Source: an uncultured archaeon
GTDB lineage: Archaea; Iainarchaeota; Iainarchaeia; Iainarchaeales; DATDZZ01
NCBI GenBank assembly: GCA_964373795.1
Contig: CAYJVY010000016.1
Coordinates: 1-16,705 of the forward strand
Direction of reading: 5' to 3'
Length of the DNA: 16,705 nucleotides
Shown: in pieces, positions 8,801-14,947 of the stretch
Layout of the letters: each line of letters begins with the position of its first letter
How positions within the stretch are numbered: position 1 is the first letter of the stretch
Notes under the pieces: generated by a model
The model's input: the letters and a program-made list of their open reading frames with translations, nothing else
The model's database searches: none
What the model was told of the DNA's origin: nothing
Program-made: the position numbers and the translations under genes

Positions 8801-9063
8801 TTATTGTCTATTACTTTCCCGATTTCTTCAAATCTTATTTCGCCGTTTTCTCTCACAACTGTTGGCGTCTCAGATGTCACGGAATTTGTTACATATTCGT
8901 GGACAATTGTTGTAAGGGTTTTAATTTTTCCAGTTAAACCAAGCATTTGCATGTTTTTTTTAAAGAATTCTGCAACAGAGTGTTCTTTGAATTCTTTTGC
9001 TAAATGTTCCGCCGTAATTTGTGTTTCTGTTTTAGTTTCTTCAACCAATTTCTTTCCCTCCAA
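5803..9063 (-). CDS. top6B: DNA topoisomerase VI subunit B, interrupted by an intein
   Basis: 1086-aa ORF. The GHKL N-box EYVTN/SVDA is split by an insertion. The G1 box TDNGPGL and G2 box RGQQGIGAAG lie downstream, followed by transducer-like sequence and a K/E-rich tail. The exteins total 561 aa, the normal Top6B size range. There is no ATG upstream of the conserved SVAEFFKKN, so the start must be TTG. Candidates are 9063 (abutting the KH gene stop) or TTG 9048, which has GGAGGG (9061-9056) 7 nt upstream. Confidence 0.9.
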   Translation of the reverse strand: MEGKKLVEETKTETQITAEHLAKEFKEHSVAEFFKKNMQMLGLTGKIKTLTTIVHEYVTNSVTSETPTVVRENGEIRFEEIGKVIDNKMSLHGFNENKEKELQSLREFPKFEVLCFDKETQKLVFKEVKSLHRHKMENGERIFKIKTLGNRFVEATKHHGLFTLRKGVIEEVKAENLRIGDYLVVPRKPWIQETINEINLLEEFLKLDDKELKEFSVFGVKKILYSDKELKNKIKSLLTKKEQHYGVYNKYMKCDRLPLRLLKILNEKEKKIFYNCEIGERHSKYKLKPLMPITKELMQILGLFVAEGSTRKNNVEVNFSFEAHEKELIEYTADLFEKVFNIRPLIKKAHATAVNVKINSKTISIMLKKVLKCGENAKTKSIPTLVFSSGKEKAKEFLIAYAVGDGFPSGKIFECIKKSNFSLKEKITLVTASKKLSTQLQYLLSGLGYSYSFSQKKAEQRLVKDKLARFGQNYKIEFYTEQKNSPLNFYPMEIGDMTTIIEPKLKWAISQRNQKIVSYEKIASLKINEAQITESAARFIAGDLGILPITEIEERIPKENEYVYDYSIEKDENFVGGFGAICLHNSVDACEESHILPDIEVKIAQIAEDHLEITVTDNGPGLTKQTVGKALGQLLAGTKFHRLIQQRGQQGIGAAGCTMLSQMTTGKTVQVISGTAKEVFACEVAVDAKTNQPKIINLRDLDKKFKGLAIKAQFKGVKYINNDQSPLEYLRRTVIANPHVQVKFSDPLGETTIFHRTSKTIPLKPIAIQPHPKGVTVDELSTLAKHTDGRKISSFLKNSFDRMGDKAIEEISKGVSFDLNKDPKKLTWEEAEEIIKQFKKIEFIAPRLDALRPIGEERIEKSMKAIVQPEFISVITRKPTVYQGGFPFQVEIGIAFGGNAGKVFQGTSEETGEQKKIELMRFANKVPLLFDAGGCATTKAVESVDWKRYGVKDLDNVPLTVLVNVISVHIPYTSAGKQAISEEQEVIEEIRLGIMDAGRRIWKHISESRREQEKQEKKKLFMKYAQEIAIGLSELTKEKRESIEKKLVDIVSKKLKLEEKLKKEGKLEEKEEVIKEEKVKEEGEFE
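7309..8883 (-). mobile_element. Intein (525 aa) with a LAGLIDADG homing-endonuclease domain, within top6B
   Basis: The N-terminal splice junction is ...HEYVTN|SVTSETPTVV (Ser1, block A-like), and block B is TKHH. LAGLIDADG motifs are ILGLFVAEGS (8137-8166) and LIAYAVGDG (7846-7872). The C-terminal blocks are VYDYSIEKDENFVGGFGAICLHN|S (His-Asn, then +1 Ser at 7306-7308). Removing it restores EYVTN-SVDACEE. Confidence 0.85.
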
Positions 9064-9603
9064 TCATATTTCAAGTTTTTGTTTTGCATGTTTGTGTTTT
9101 TCTAAAAAATCAAATACATTTGAATGATTTGCTCCTTCTAAAAGCATTAAAATTGCTTCTTTAGCTGTTTGCAATCCATTAAATTCTCCTATAATTGAAA
9201 CTGTTTTTCCATAAACTGATACATTAGTATTAGTTAATTCTTCTATTTGGTTTCTGGATTTACCGTTTCTTCCAATCACTCTTCCTTTTTTTTGATTTAA
9301 TATTTTTGAATTCTTTGTTCCAACCAATTCAGTTAAGTTAATTACTTCTAAAAAGAATTGATCATTTAATAAAAGTAATGCATGCTCTGGAGAAAAACCT
9401 CTTGCAATTCCAGTAATAATGTCTTTTGCTTTTAAAATACCTGTATCTGTTTTAGCTTTATTAATTATTTCAACATCTCCAGTTGAACTATTAATTTTAA
9501 TCGAAGTCATGGTTTGTTTTTCAATTGCTTTCTTTGTTTTTCCTTGAGGGCCAATTAATACTGCTATTCTGTCTTTTGGAATTCTAATAAATTCTTCTTC
9601 CAT
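9064..9603 (-). CDS. Double-KH-domain RNA-binding protein (archaeal Dim2/Pno1-like)
   Basis: 179-aa ORF with two KH GxxG loops (LIGPQGKTKK and VIGRNGKSRN). Its TGA stop (9064-9066) directly abuts the top6B TTG. Confidence 0.75.
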   Translation of the reverse strand: MEEEFIRIPKDRIAVLIGPQGKTKKAIEKQTMTSIKINSSTGDVEIINKAKTDTGILKAKDIITGIARGFSPEHALLLLNDQFFLEVINLTELVGTKNSKILNQKKGRVIGRNGKSRNQIEELTNTNVSVYGKTVSIIGEFNGLQTAKEAILMLLEGANHSNVFDFLEKHKHAKQKLEI

Positions 9604-9704
9604 TGAAATGCCTTAAACAATTTATAGTATATGTAATAAATAATAGTAAGAAATAAAAATAGAAACAAAATAAAAACAACTTCATTTTTTTGTATTTTTT
9701 TCAA

Positions 9705-9737
9705 GAAAAAAATAAAGATAGAGCGAGTTTCCGCTCT
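9705..9737 (-). terminator. Hairpin plus U-tract terminator downstream of the aquaporin gene
   Basis: On the minus strand, AGAGCG/CGCUCU forms a 6-bp stem (9720-9725 with 9732-9737) and a 6-nt loop, 14 nt after the stop. It is followed by UCUUUAUUUUUUU (9719-9706). Confidence 0.45.
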
Positions 9738-9751
9738 TCGTTTTAATAGGA

Positions 9752-10435
9752 TTACTTTTTTCTTTCCCCTAATAAGAAAGTATAAACAAGTGATCCTAAA
9801 ACTCCTCCTAAGACTGGGCCAACAAAGTAAACCCATAATTGTTCTAATGCAGTGCCACCTGCTTTTCCTAGTAAAACAGGCACTACTGCAGGCCCTAAAG
9901 ATCTAGCTGGATTTAAAGAAGCTCCTGAAAAAGCAATTCCTGAAAGATGTGCAACTAGTAAGTAAAACCCAATTGCAAGTGCTGCATGATGAGCTGAAGG
10001 AGATTTTTCATTTGTAACTGATAAAATTACAATCAAAAATAATGCTGTTGCTATTACCTCAAAAATTAATGCTGCATTTAATCCGAAGCCTCCAACAGTT
10101 GTTGCTCCTAAACTATTTCCTCCAATCATTGCAAAAAGAACTAAAGATGCTAGAAGTCCTCCAACAAATTGAGCAAGCAAGTAAGGAACTACCTTGTTTG
10201 CTGGAAATCTTTTTGCAATCCATAAAGCAAGTGTAACTACTGGATTAAAATGCCCTCCAGATAATGGGCCAAAAGTATAAGCTAAAACAGCTAATACAAG
10301 TCCTGCTGTGAATGCAATTGCTACAAGGTTTACTAAAGTAAAGCCTTGAGTTAAAGCAAGTGAACCCATAATTGTTGCAGTAATTGCAAAAACTAATCCA
10401 AATGTTCCAAGTAATTCTGCCACTAAGTCTTTCAT
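9752..10435 (-). CDS. MIP-family channel (aquaporin/aquaglyceroporin)
   Basis: The ORF track starts at TTG 10483. ATG 10435 (MKDLVAELLG) is preferred because GGAGGGAG lies immediately upstream (10446-10439). First motif is HFNPVVT (NPV), second is SLNPARSLGP (NPA). The protein is hydrophobic throughout, compatible with the six-TM fold of the MIP family. Confidence 0.85.
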   Translation of the reverse strand: MKDLVAELLGTFGLVFAITATIMGSLALTQGFTLVNLVAIAFTAGLVLAVLAYTFGPLSGGHFNPVVTLALWIAKRFPANKVVPYLLAQFVGGLLASLVLFAMIGGNSLGATTVGGFGLNAALIFEVIATALFLIVILSVTNEKSPSAHHAALAIGFYLLVAHLSGIAFSGASLNPARSLGPAVVPVLLGKAGGTALEQLWVYFVGPVLGGVLGSLVYTFLLGERKK

Positions 10436-10493
10436 TATCTCCCTCCAAAAATAGTTAAAAATAGTTAATTGAATTAACTTCAATCAATTTAAA

Positions 10494-11234
10494 TTATTTT
10501 TGTTTGCAAGCCTTTATTTCTTTAAAGACTTGATCAAGGTTTTTGTTTAAACCAAGTTTTCTAAAAAAATGAGTTAAATTTTTTACATCGTTTTCAAAAA
10601 ACTCTTTTGCTTTTGGATGGTTTCTTAAAACTCCTTGCCCAAAATCAATGAAGTAAACTTTTTCATTCCAGTAAATCATGTTATATTCACTTAAATCTGC
10701 ATGAATTAAATCTGCTTTAAAAAAAAGTTTTGCAACATTTTCAATTATTTGATTATATACTGAGATTTTTTCTTCTTCACTTAAACGAACTTCTCTAAGC
10801 AAAGGAGCTGCGTCTTCATTTCCTAAAAACTTCATTACTAAAACGTTTTCCTTAAACGCCAAAGGAGAAGGGCATTGAATTCCTGCATCTCTTGCTTTAC
10901 TTAAATTTTTAAATTCTTTTTTAGCCCAAGTAAACACAATGTCTTGTTTATCTTTTTTTACTTTACTGAAACGAATATCTCCTTCAATGTATTTCATCAT
11001 GTTTTTGAACAAACTTGTTTCGATTTTGTAAATTTTTACTGCTCTTGGTTCGCCGTTAACGTCAACTGCTTTGAATACATGTGCTTCTTTTCCAGTTGAA
11101 ATAATGTGCTCTAATTTGTAAAACCATCCCTTGTTTGCAAGTTCTTGAATTACGTTTAAGGTTCTAAAATCAAAAACTTGTGCAAAAATTTTTTTATCTT
11201 TTTCAGTTTTAAAAAAGTTTTTTGCATTAACCAT
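10494..11234 (-). CDS. rio1: Rio1-type atypical serine protein kinase
   Basis: 246-aa ORF. It has the Rio1 P-loop-like STGKEAHVF, the catalytic loop IHADLSEYN and the metal-binding IDFGQ. There is no Rio2-type N-terminal winged helix. Confidence 0.85.
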   Translation of the reverse strand: MVNAKNFFKTEKDKKIFAQVFDFRTLNVIQELANKGWFYKLEHIISTGKEAHVFKAVDVNGEPRAVKIYKIETSLFKNMMKYIEGDIRFSKVKKDKQDIVFTWAKKEFKNLSKARDAGIQCPSPLAFKENVLVMKFLGNEDAAPLLREVRLSEEEKISVYNQIIENVAKLFFKADLIHADLSEYNMIYWNEKVYFIDFGQGVLRNHPKAKEFFENDVKNLTHFFRKLGLNKNLDQVFKEIKACKQK

Positions 11235-11258
11235 AAACTAATCCAAGACAAAATCAGA

Positions 11259-11266
11259 ATTTAAAT
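11259..11266 (-). promoter_or_regulatory. TATA box for rio1 (divergent intergenic region)
   Basis: The palindromic ATTTAAAT is centred about 27 nt upstream of the rio1 ATG (11234). Confidence 0.4.
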
Positions 11267-11286
11267 TAATTGCTTTCAACTACAAA

Positions 11287-11294
11287 TTTTTAAA
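11287..11294 (+). promoter_or_regulatory. TATA box for the PKD-domain protein gene
   Basis: TTTTTAAA is centred about 27-29 nt upstream of ATG 11320. Confidence 0.4.
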
Positions 11295-11319
11295 CAGTTG
11301 TTTCGCCAATTATTATTGA

Positions 11320-13179
11320 ATGAAAGTAAATTATTTAATTCTTGCAGTCTTGCTTGTCTTAATTCTTTTGGCTGGCTGTATTAGTGGAAAAGGTAGTGAC
11401 TCAAATGCAGACGTGAATGCAGACGTGAATGCTGATTTAAATTCCGGGAAAACTGTTTCTAATTCTTCTGGAAAATTGTCTTGTGAAATTATTTCTCCAA
11501 TAAGTGTGCTAATTGGTTCTCCAGCAAATTTTAGTTTCAAATTAGAAGGCGGAGAAGCTGAAAGCGTTGAATGGAGTTTTGGAGGGGAAGGAGAAGGCCC
11601 TTCAAATATTGAAAGCCCTTCATTTAAATACAAGTCAACTGGAAAAAAATCAGTAAGCCTTATGGTTACAACTAGTTCTGGAGAAAAAGTTGAATGCAAT
11701 GTAAATGTTAACTCAGTTGGATATAACGATTTAAGAATTACCAAAATTAAAGCAAATTCAGTTAAACCTGTTTTGAGTTTAACTGCTTCTGCTACTTCGC
11801 TTAATGGAGTGGCTCCTTTAACTGTTGAATTTGATGCAACAGCTGTTGGAGGAATTGCTCCTACAAGAAATTATACTTTTAATTGGTTAGGGGATTTACA
11901 AGAAAATAATATTCAAAATCCGAGCAAAACTTTTTCAGTAGAAGGAACTTATGCAGTTGTTGCAGAGGTTTTTGATGAAGGAGTTCCGCAAGAATTCGAG
12001 TTTGATGTTGAAGTTGAAGGAGGCTTGGCTCAATATAGCGGAGGAAAACCTGTTTATCGTTATGCTTGGACTTTTGGAGATGGAGGAACGTCTAATGAAA
12101 AAAGTCCTAAACATTTTTTCAATAAAAAAGGACAATTCCCTGTAACAATTAAGGTTACAGATGAATTATTTCAAGACAATTTTGATGCAGCTGAAAAAGC
12201 AAAACATTTAGCAGAGCATTTTTTTGAAGTAGGAGTTGAATCTCAGAGAGCGCTTAGTAATAAATTAAATATTGTTGTTGGAACGCCTCCTATTGTATTA
12301 ACAGAAGAAGCAGTTCTTGAATGTAGAATTAATTTGTCTCAAGGAAGTACTTTTTTTGCTAACAAAAAAGATTCAACTGAAAATAACTTGAAAGGATTTA
12401 ATTCAACTCATTGGGAAGGCTATAATTATGCTCCGCGCGAATTAAAAGTTAAAATTATTAGAACTCCAAACAAAGAAAAATTAAATGAATCTTACACTGA
12501 ATTTGTTTCCAGGCCAGTTAATAAAGAGGTTGCATGGTATAATCCAACTCTCAAACCAGACATATCTTATTACAATGATTTCTTTAATGAAACAGGGCCT
12601 TATTTAAAGGAATATAAGGTTAAAGATGAAAAAGGAAATTCCGAAATTGGAGTGGAAGGAAAATTTAATTTAATTTCTTATAAAAATACTCCTTATTGGT
12701 TAAAAGAATTCAAGGAATGGTCTGATCCAGCAAAAGAGGCTGAAAGCTATGATGACATTGTATTATATCAAATTACTGCAAAACAAAATTTGTGTACAAT
12801 AAAAGTTTACTCAATGTTATCTGAAGGAGCAGGATTAGCTTTGGATAAATCTAAACTGGAAGCATATGCAAAAAACCAAGCAGAACAAGTAATGAAATTA
12901 ATTATCAATAATTCTTCAATAATTTGTTCTGATAATGTTCCTGAAGTTAAAGGAGTTGCAAGGAATTATTCTGTGGAAGTTTACAATGAATTCACTCCTG
13001 AAAAAGTTAGAGACTATTGTATAATGGCTGACAAAATTCAATATGATACTTACAAGCATTACAGTTTTTGGTGTGATGGAAAATTTTGTTCTTTTGATGG
13101 AGCAGATTTAGAAGAAATTAATGGAAAAAAATTCAGAAAAAACTCTTTGTTTCATCCAACAACCAGTAATTCAAATTAA
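11320..13179 (+). CDS. Secreted/lipid-anchored PKD-repeat surface protein with an uncharacterised C-terminal half
   Basis: 619-aa ORF. It has a signal peptide with a lipobox-like LLAGC. PKD-type repeat signatures are WSFGGEGEGPSNIESPSFKY and WTFGDGGTSNEKSPKHFFNKKGQFPVTIKVTD. From about residue 290 to the end I recognised no motifs. Confidence 0.75.
   Translation: MKVNYLILAVLLVLILLAGCISGKGSDSNADVNADVNADLNSGKTVSNSSGKLSCEIISPISVLIGSPANFSFKLEGGEAESVEWSFGGEGEGPSNIESPSFKYKSTGKKSVSLMVTTSSGEKVECNVNVNSVGYNDLRITKIKANSVKPVLSLTASATSLNGVAPLTVEFDATAVGGIAPTRNYTFNWLGDLQENNIQNPSKTFSVEGTYAVVAEVFDEGVPQEFEFDVEVEGGLAQYSGGKPVYRYAWTFGDGGTSNEKSPKHFFNKKGQFPVTIKVTDELFQDNFDAAEKAKHLAEHFFEVGVESQRALSNKLNIVVGTPPIVLTEEAVLECRINLSQGSTFFANKKDSTENNLKGFNSTHWEGYNYAPRELKVKIIRTPNKEKLNESYTEFVSRPVNKEVAWYNPTLKPDISYYNDFFNETGPYLKEYKVKDEKGNSEIGVEGKFNLISYKNTPYWLKEFKEWSDPAKEAESYDDIVLYQITAKQNLCTIKVYSMLSEGAGLALDKSKLEAYAKNQAEQVMKLIINNSSIICSDNVPEVKGVARNYSVEVYNEFTPEKVRDYCIMADKIQYDTYKHYSFWCDGKFCSFDGADLEEINGKKFRKNSLFHPTTSNSN
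11404..11439 (+). repeat. 12-bp in-frame tandem repeat (about 3 copies) encoding NADV-NADV-NADL
   Basis: AATGCAGACGTG at 11404-11415 and 11416-11427 are identical. AATGCTGATTTA at 11428-11439 is a diverged copy. The repeat lies just after the lipobox Cys. Confidence 0.8.
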
Positions 13180-13808
13180 ATTTTTGCTTTAAAAAAATTG
13201 TTTGCATACTTAAATTCTTTTACTAATTTTTTGTAAAAATAGTTTGAAAAACTTTTAACAAAAGGCAAGTAAAAGTTTTTGGTTTCAAATAAAATTCTTT
13301 TAACTTTTTTTAATCTAGTATTTTTCACAAGACATTGAATATTATTTAATCTGTCAGCTGCTTTAACTATTTTTGCTTCTAAAGGTGCTTTTTTTAATTG
13401 TTTAAAATATGCTTTATCTCTTTTTAATTTGATTTCTTCCAAGTTTTTTCCATCAAAATCAATTAGTCTTGGCTTGCTTAAAAATTTTACCATTGAAAAA
13501 ATTTTTTTCCCAAATTTTTTCTTAAATGCACTTTCTTTAATTCTTGGATCATCTTCTAATGTGTCATGTAATAATGCCATTGCAACAAGTGTTTCCGGGG
13601 TTTTCTTTTCCTTGAATAAGTAAAACTCAATTACATTCACTGTAACAGGATAAATATGTTCTTCTAAATAACTTGAGCCATCGTCTCTTAATTGTTTTTT
13701 ATGAGATTTAATTGCTTGAATTAAAGCTTTTTTAATTAACTTGGTTTCACTTACTTTAAATTCTTTCAATTTTTCAAGGAGCTCTTTTTTTGTTAAATGA
13801 GGATACAT
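13176..13808 (-). CDS. HD-domain hydrolase of the RelA/SpoT (Mesh1-like, (p)ppGpp hydrolase) type
   Basis: The ORF track starts at TTG 13847. ATG 13808 is preferred because a TATA-like TATTTATT (13838-13831) lies about 27 nt upstream. Motifs are RDDGSSYLEEHIYPV, ALLHDTLEDD and KAADRLNN. Confidence 0.7.
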   Translation of the reverse strand: MYPHLTKKELLEKLKEFKVSETKLIKKALIQAIKSHKKQLRDDGSSYLEEHIYPVTVNVIEFYLFKEKKTPETLVAMALLHDTLEDDPRIKESAFKKKFGKKIFSMVKFLSKPRLIDFDGKNLEEIKLKRDKAYFKQLKKAPLEAKIVKAADRLNNIQCLVKNTRLKKVKRILFETKNFYLPFVKSFSNYFYKKLVKEFKYANNFFKAKI

Positions 13809-13866
13809 CTTAAAATTAAAGCTAAAGAGAAATAAATAGTTTTGCAATTCCTTGCATTTTTTTGTA

Positions 13867-14211
13867 TTAAATTGGTAATTTGCTTATTAATCCAGTGCTT
13901 TTAATTCTTTCAATTTGATATCCCTGGAATCTCCAAACTAAATCAGCTTTCGATGGTTGAAAGTCCCATAAACGAATAATTACTAAATCGCCTTCTCTAA
14001 CCCAAACTTTTTTCTTTAATTTTCCTGGAATTCTAACACTTCTTTCCTGGCCATCATTGCATTGAACCTTTAACTGGTTTGAACCCATTCTTTGAACTAC
14101 TACGCCAAACATTTCTAATTCGTTTTCTCTTGGATAACGAATTTTTCCTTCTTCAGGAGATAATTCTTTTTTTTCCTTACTTCTTTTAATTCTTTTAAAC
14201 AATTTTTTCAC
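13867..14211 (-). CDS. eif1A: Translation initiation factor aIF-1A
   Basis: 114-aa ORF with the S1-like OB-fold core GVVVQRMGSNQLKVQCNDGQERSVRIPGKLKKKVWVREGDLVIIRLW. The GTG start abuts the DUF424 TAG stop. TTG 14202, 5 nt after AGGTGA, is an alternative start. Confidence 0.9.
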   Translation of the reverse strand: MKKLFKRIKRSKEKKELSPEEGKIRYPRENELEMFGVVVQRMGSNQLKVQCNDGQERSVRIPGKLKKKVWVREGDLVIIRLWDFQPSKADLVWRFQGYQIERIKSTGLISKLPI

Positions 14212-14511
14212 CTAAAACTTGATTATTTGGGCATGAGGAATTCCTTGTATTTTAATTACGTCATTTTCATTTAAATATCCTTCTTTTACAGCTATTCTAA
14301 CTGGTTTTTCTCCAAACAAATTAATGTTATTTGCTTCTTGCAATAATTCAATGAATTCTTTTTCTGAAACCAGTTTCCCTTTATAGAACGATTCTTTTAC
14401 TTGAAAAGAAATTTTTCCTTCATTAAATGTTTTTCCAAGTAATTCTTTTTCACAGCAAGCCAGAATAGTGAAATGACTTGAATGAATTAGTTTTGCGTAA
14501 ATTATTGTCAC
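14212..14511 (-). CDS. DUF424-family protein
   Basis: 99-aa ORF. The pattern ILACCEKELLGK...FYKG...NLFGEKPV...GIPHAQI matches my memory of archaeal DUF424. The GTG start directly abuts the aIF-2 beta TAG stop. Confidence 0.65.
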   Translation of the reverse strand: MTIIYAKLIHSSHFTILACCEKELLGKTFNEGKISFQVKESFYKGKLVSEKEFIELLQEANNINLFGEKPVRIAVKEGYLNENDVIKIQGIPHAQIIKF

Positions 14512-14916
14512 CTAAATTTTTTTAATTGGATGCAATGCCCCGCAAGCAGTGCATTTAAGCATTTTCACTCCATGCTCTTCAATAAATTTAGTGTCAGGTT
14601 TTTTGCATTCAAAGCATAAAACAAATTGATTCAAATAACTGTTAAAAATTTTTTCAACTTGAAGTTGATTAAATTTTCCATTAATTATTGCTCTTTCTCC
14701 TTCAACTCCAACCGCTGTTGCAACCTCTCCTGTAATAAATTTAATTAAGTGTTTTTCTTCTCTGTTCAAGGATTTAATTATTTGATTAAAGTTTTTCACA
14801 ATAGTTTTATTTCCTTGAATAAAAGAATCTGGTTTAGGCATTTCAAATCTTTCCCTAGTTAAAGCTTCTTTAGGTAAGGAAAGATATAATCTGTCAAGCA
14901 TTTTTTCATATTCCAT
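14512..14916 (-). CDS. eif2b: Translation initiation factor aIF-2 beta subunit
   Basis: 134-aa ORF. It has an N-terminal YEKMLDRLY, a central helix-turn-helix-like core and a C-terminal zinc ribbon CFEC...CTACG. TATA box TTTAAAAA (14948-14941) lies about 27 nt upstream of the ATG. Confidence 0.9.
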   Translation of the reverse strand: MEYEKMLDRLYLSLPKEALTRERFEMPKPDSFIQGNKTIVKNFNQIIKSLNREEKHLIKFITGEVATAVGVEGERAIINGKFNQLQVEKIFNSYLNQFVLCFECKKPDTKFIEEHGVKMLKCTACGALHPIKKI

Positions 14917-14947
14917 TTGAAAGAATTATTCTACTTTACATTTTTAA

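Noticed and set aside
9564-9836. 90-aa minus-strand ORF spanning the aquaporin/KH intergenic region
   Set aside because: It overlaps the 3' end of the aquaporin gene, the terminator hairpin with its U-tract, and the 5' end of the KH gene. The sequence is low-complexity and not credible as a protein.
10447-10478. Tandem AAAATAGTTA x2 and 15-bp palindrome GTTAATTGAATTAAC upstream of the aquaporin gene
   Set aside because: These are pure A/T-rich short elements in a 58-nt intergenic spacer of an AT-rich genome. They may be part of a promoter or operator, but I cannot distinguish that from chance.
11404-11439. Possible CRISPR-like repeat
   Set aside because: The 12-bp units are directly tandem with no spacers, lie in frame inside a coding region, and number only three. 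This is a coding microsatellite, not a CRISPR array.
11331-11744. 137-aa minus-strand ORF antisense to the PKD-protein gene, plus small ORFs at 11935-12135 and 11951-12145
   Set aside because: They are shadow ORFs inside a gene with a clear signal peptide and PKD motifs, and have no motifs of their own.
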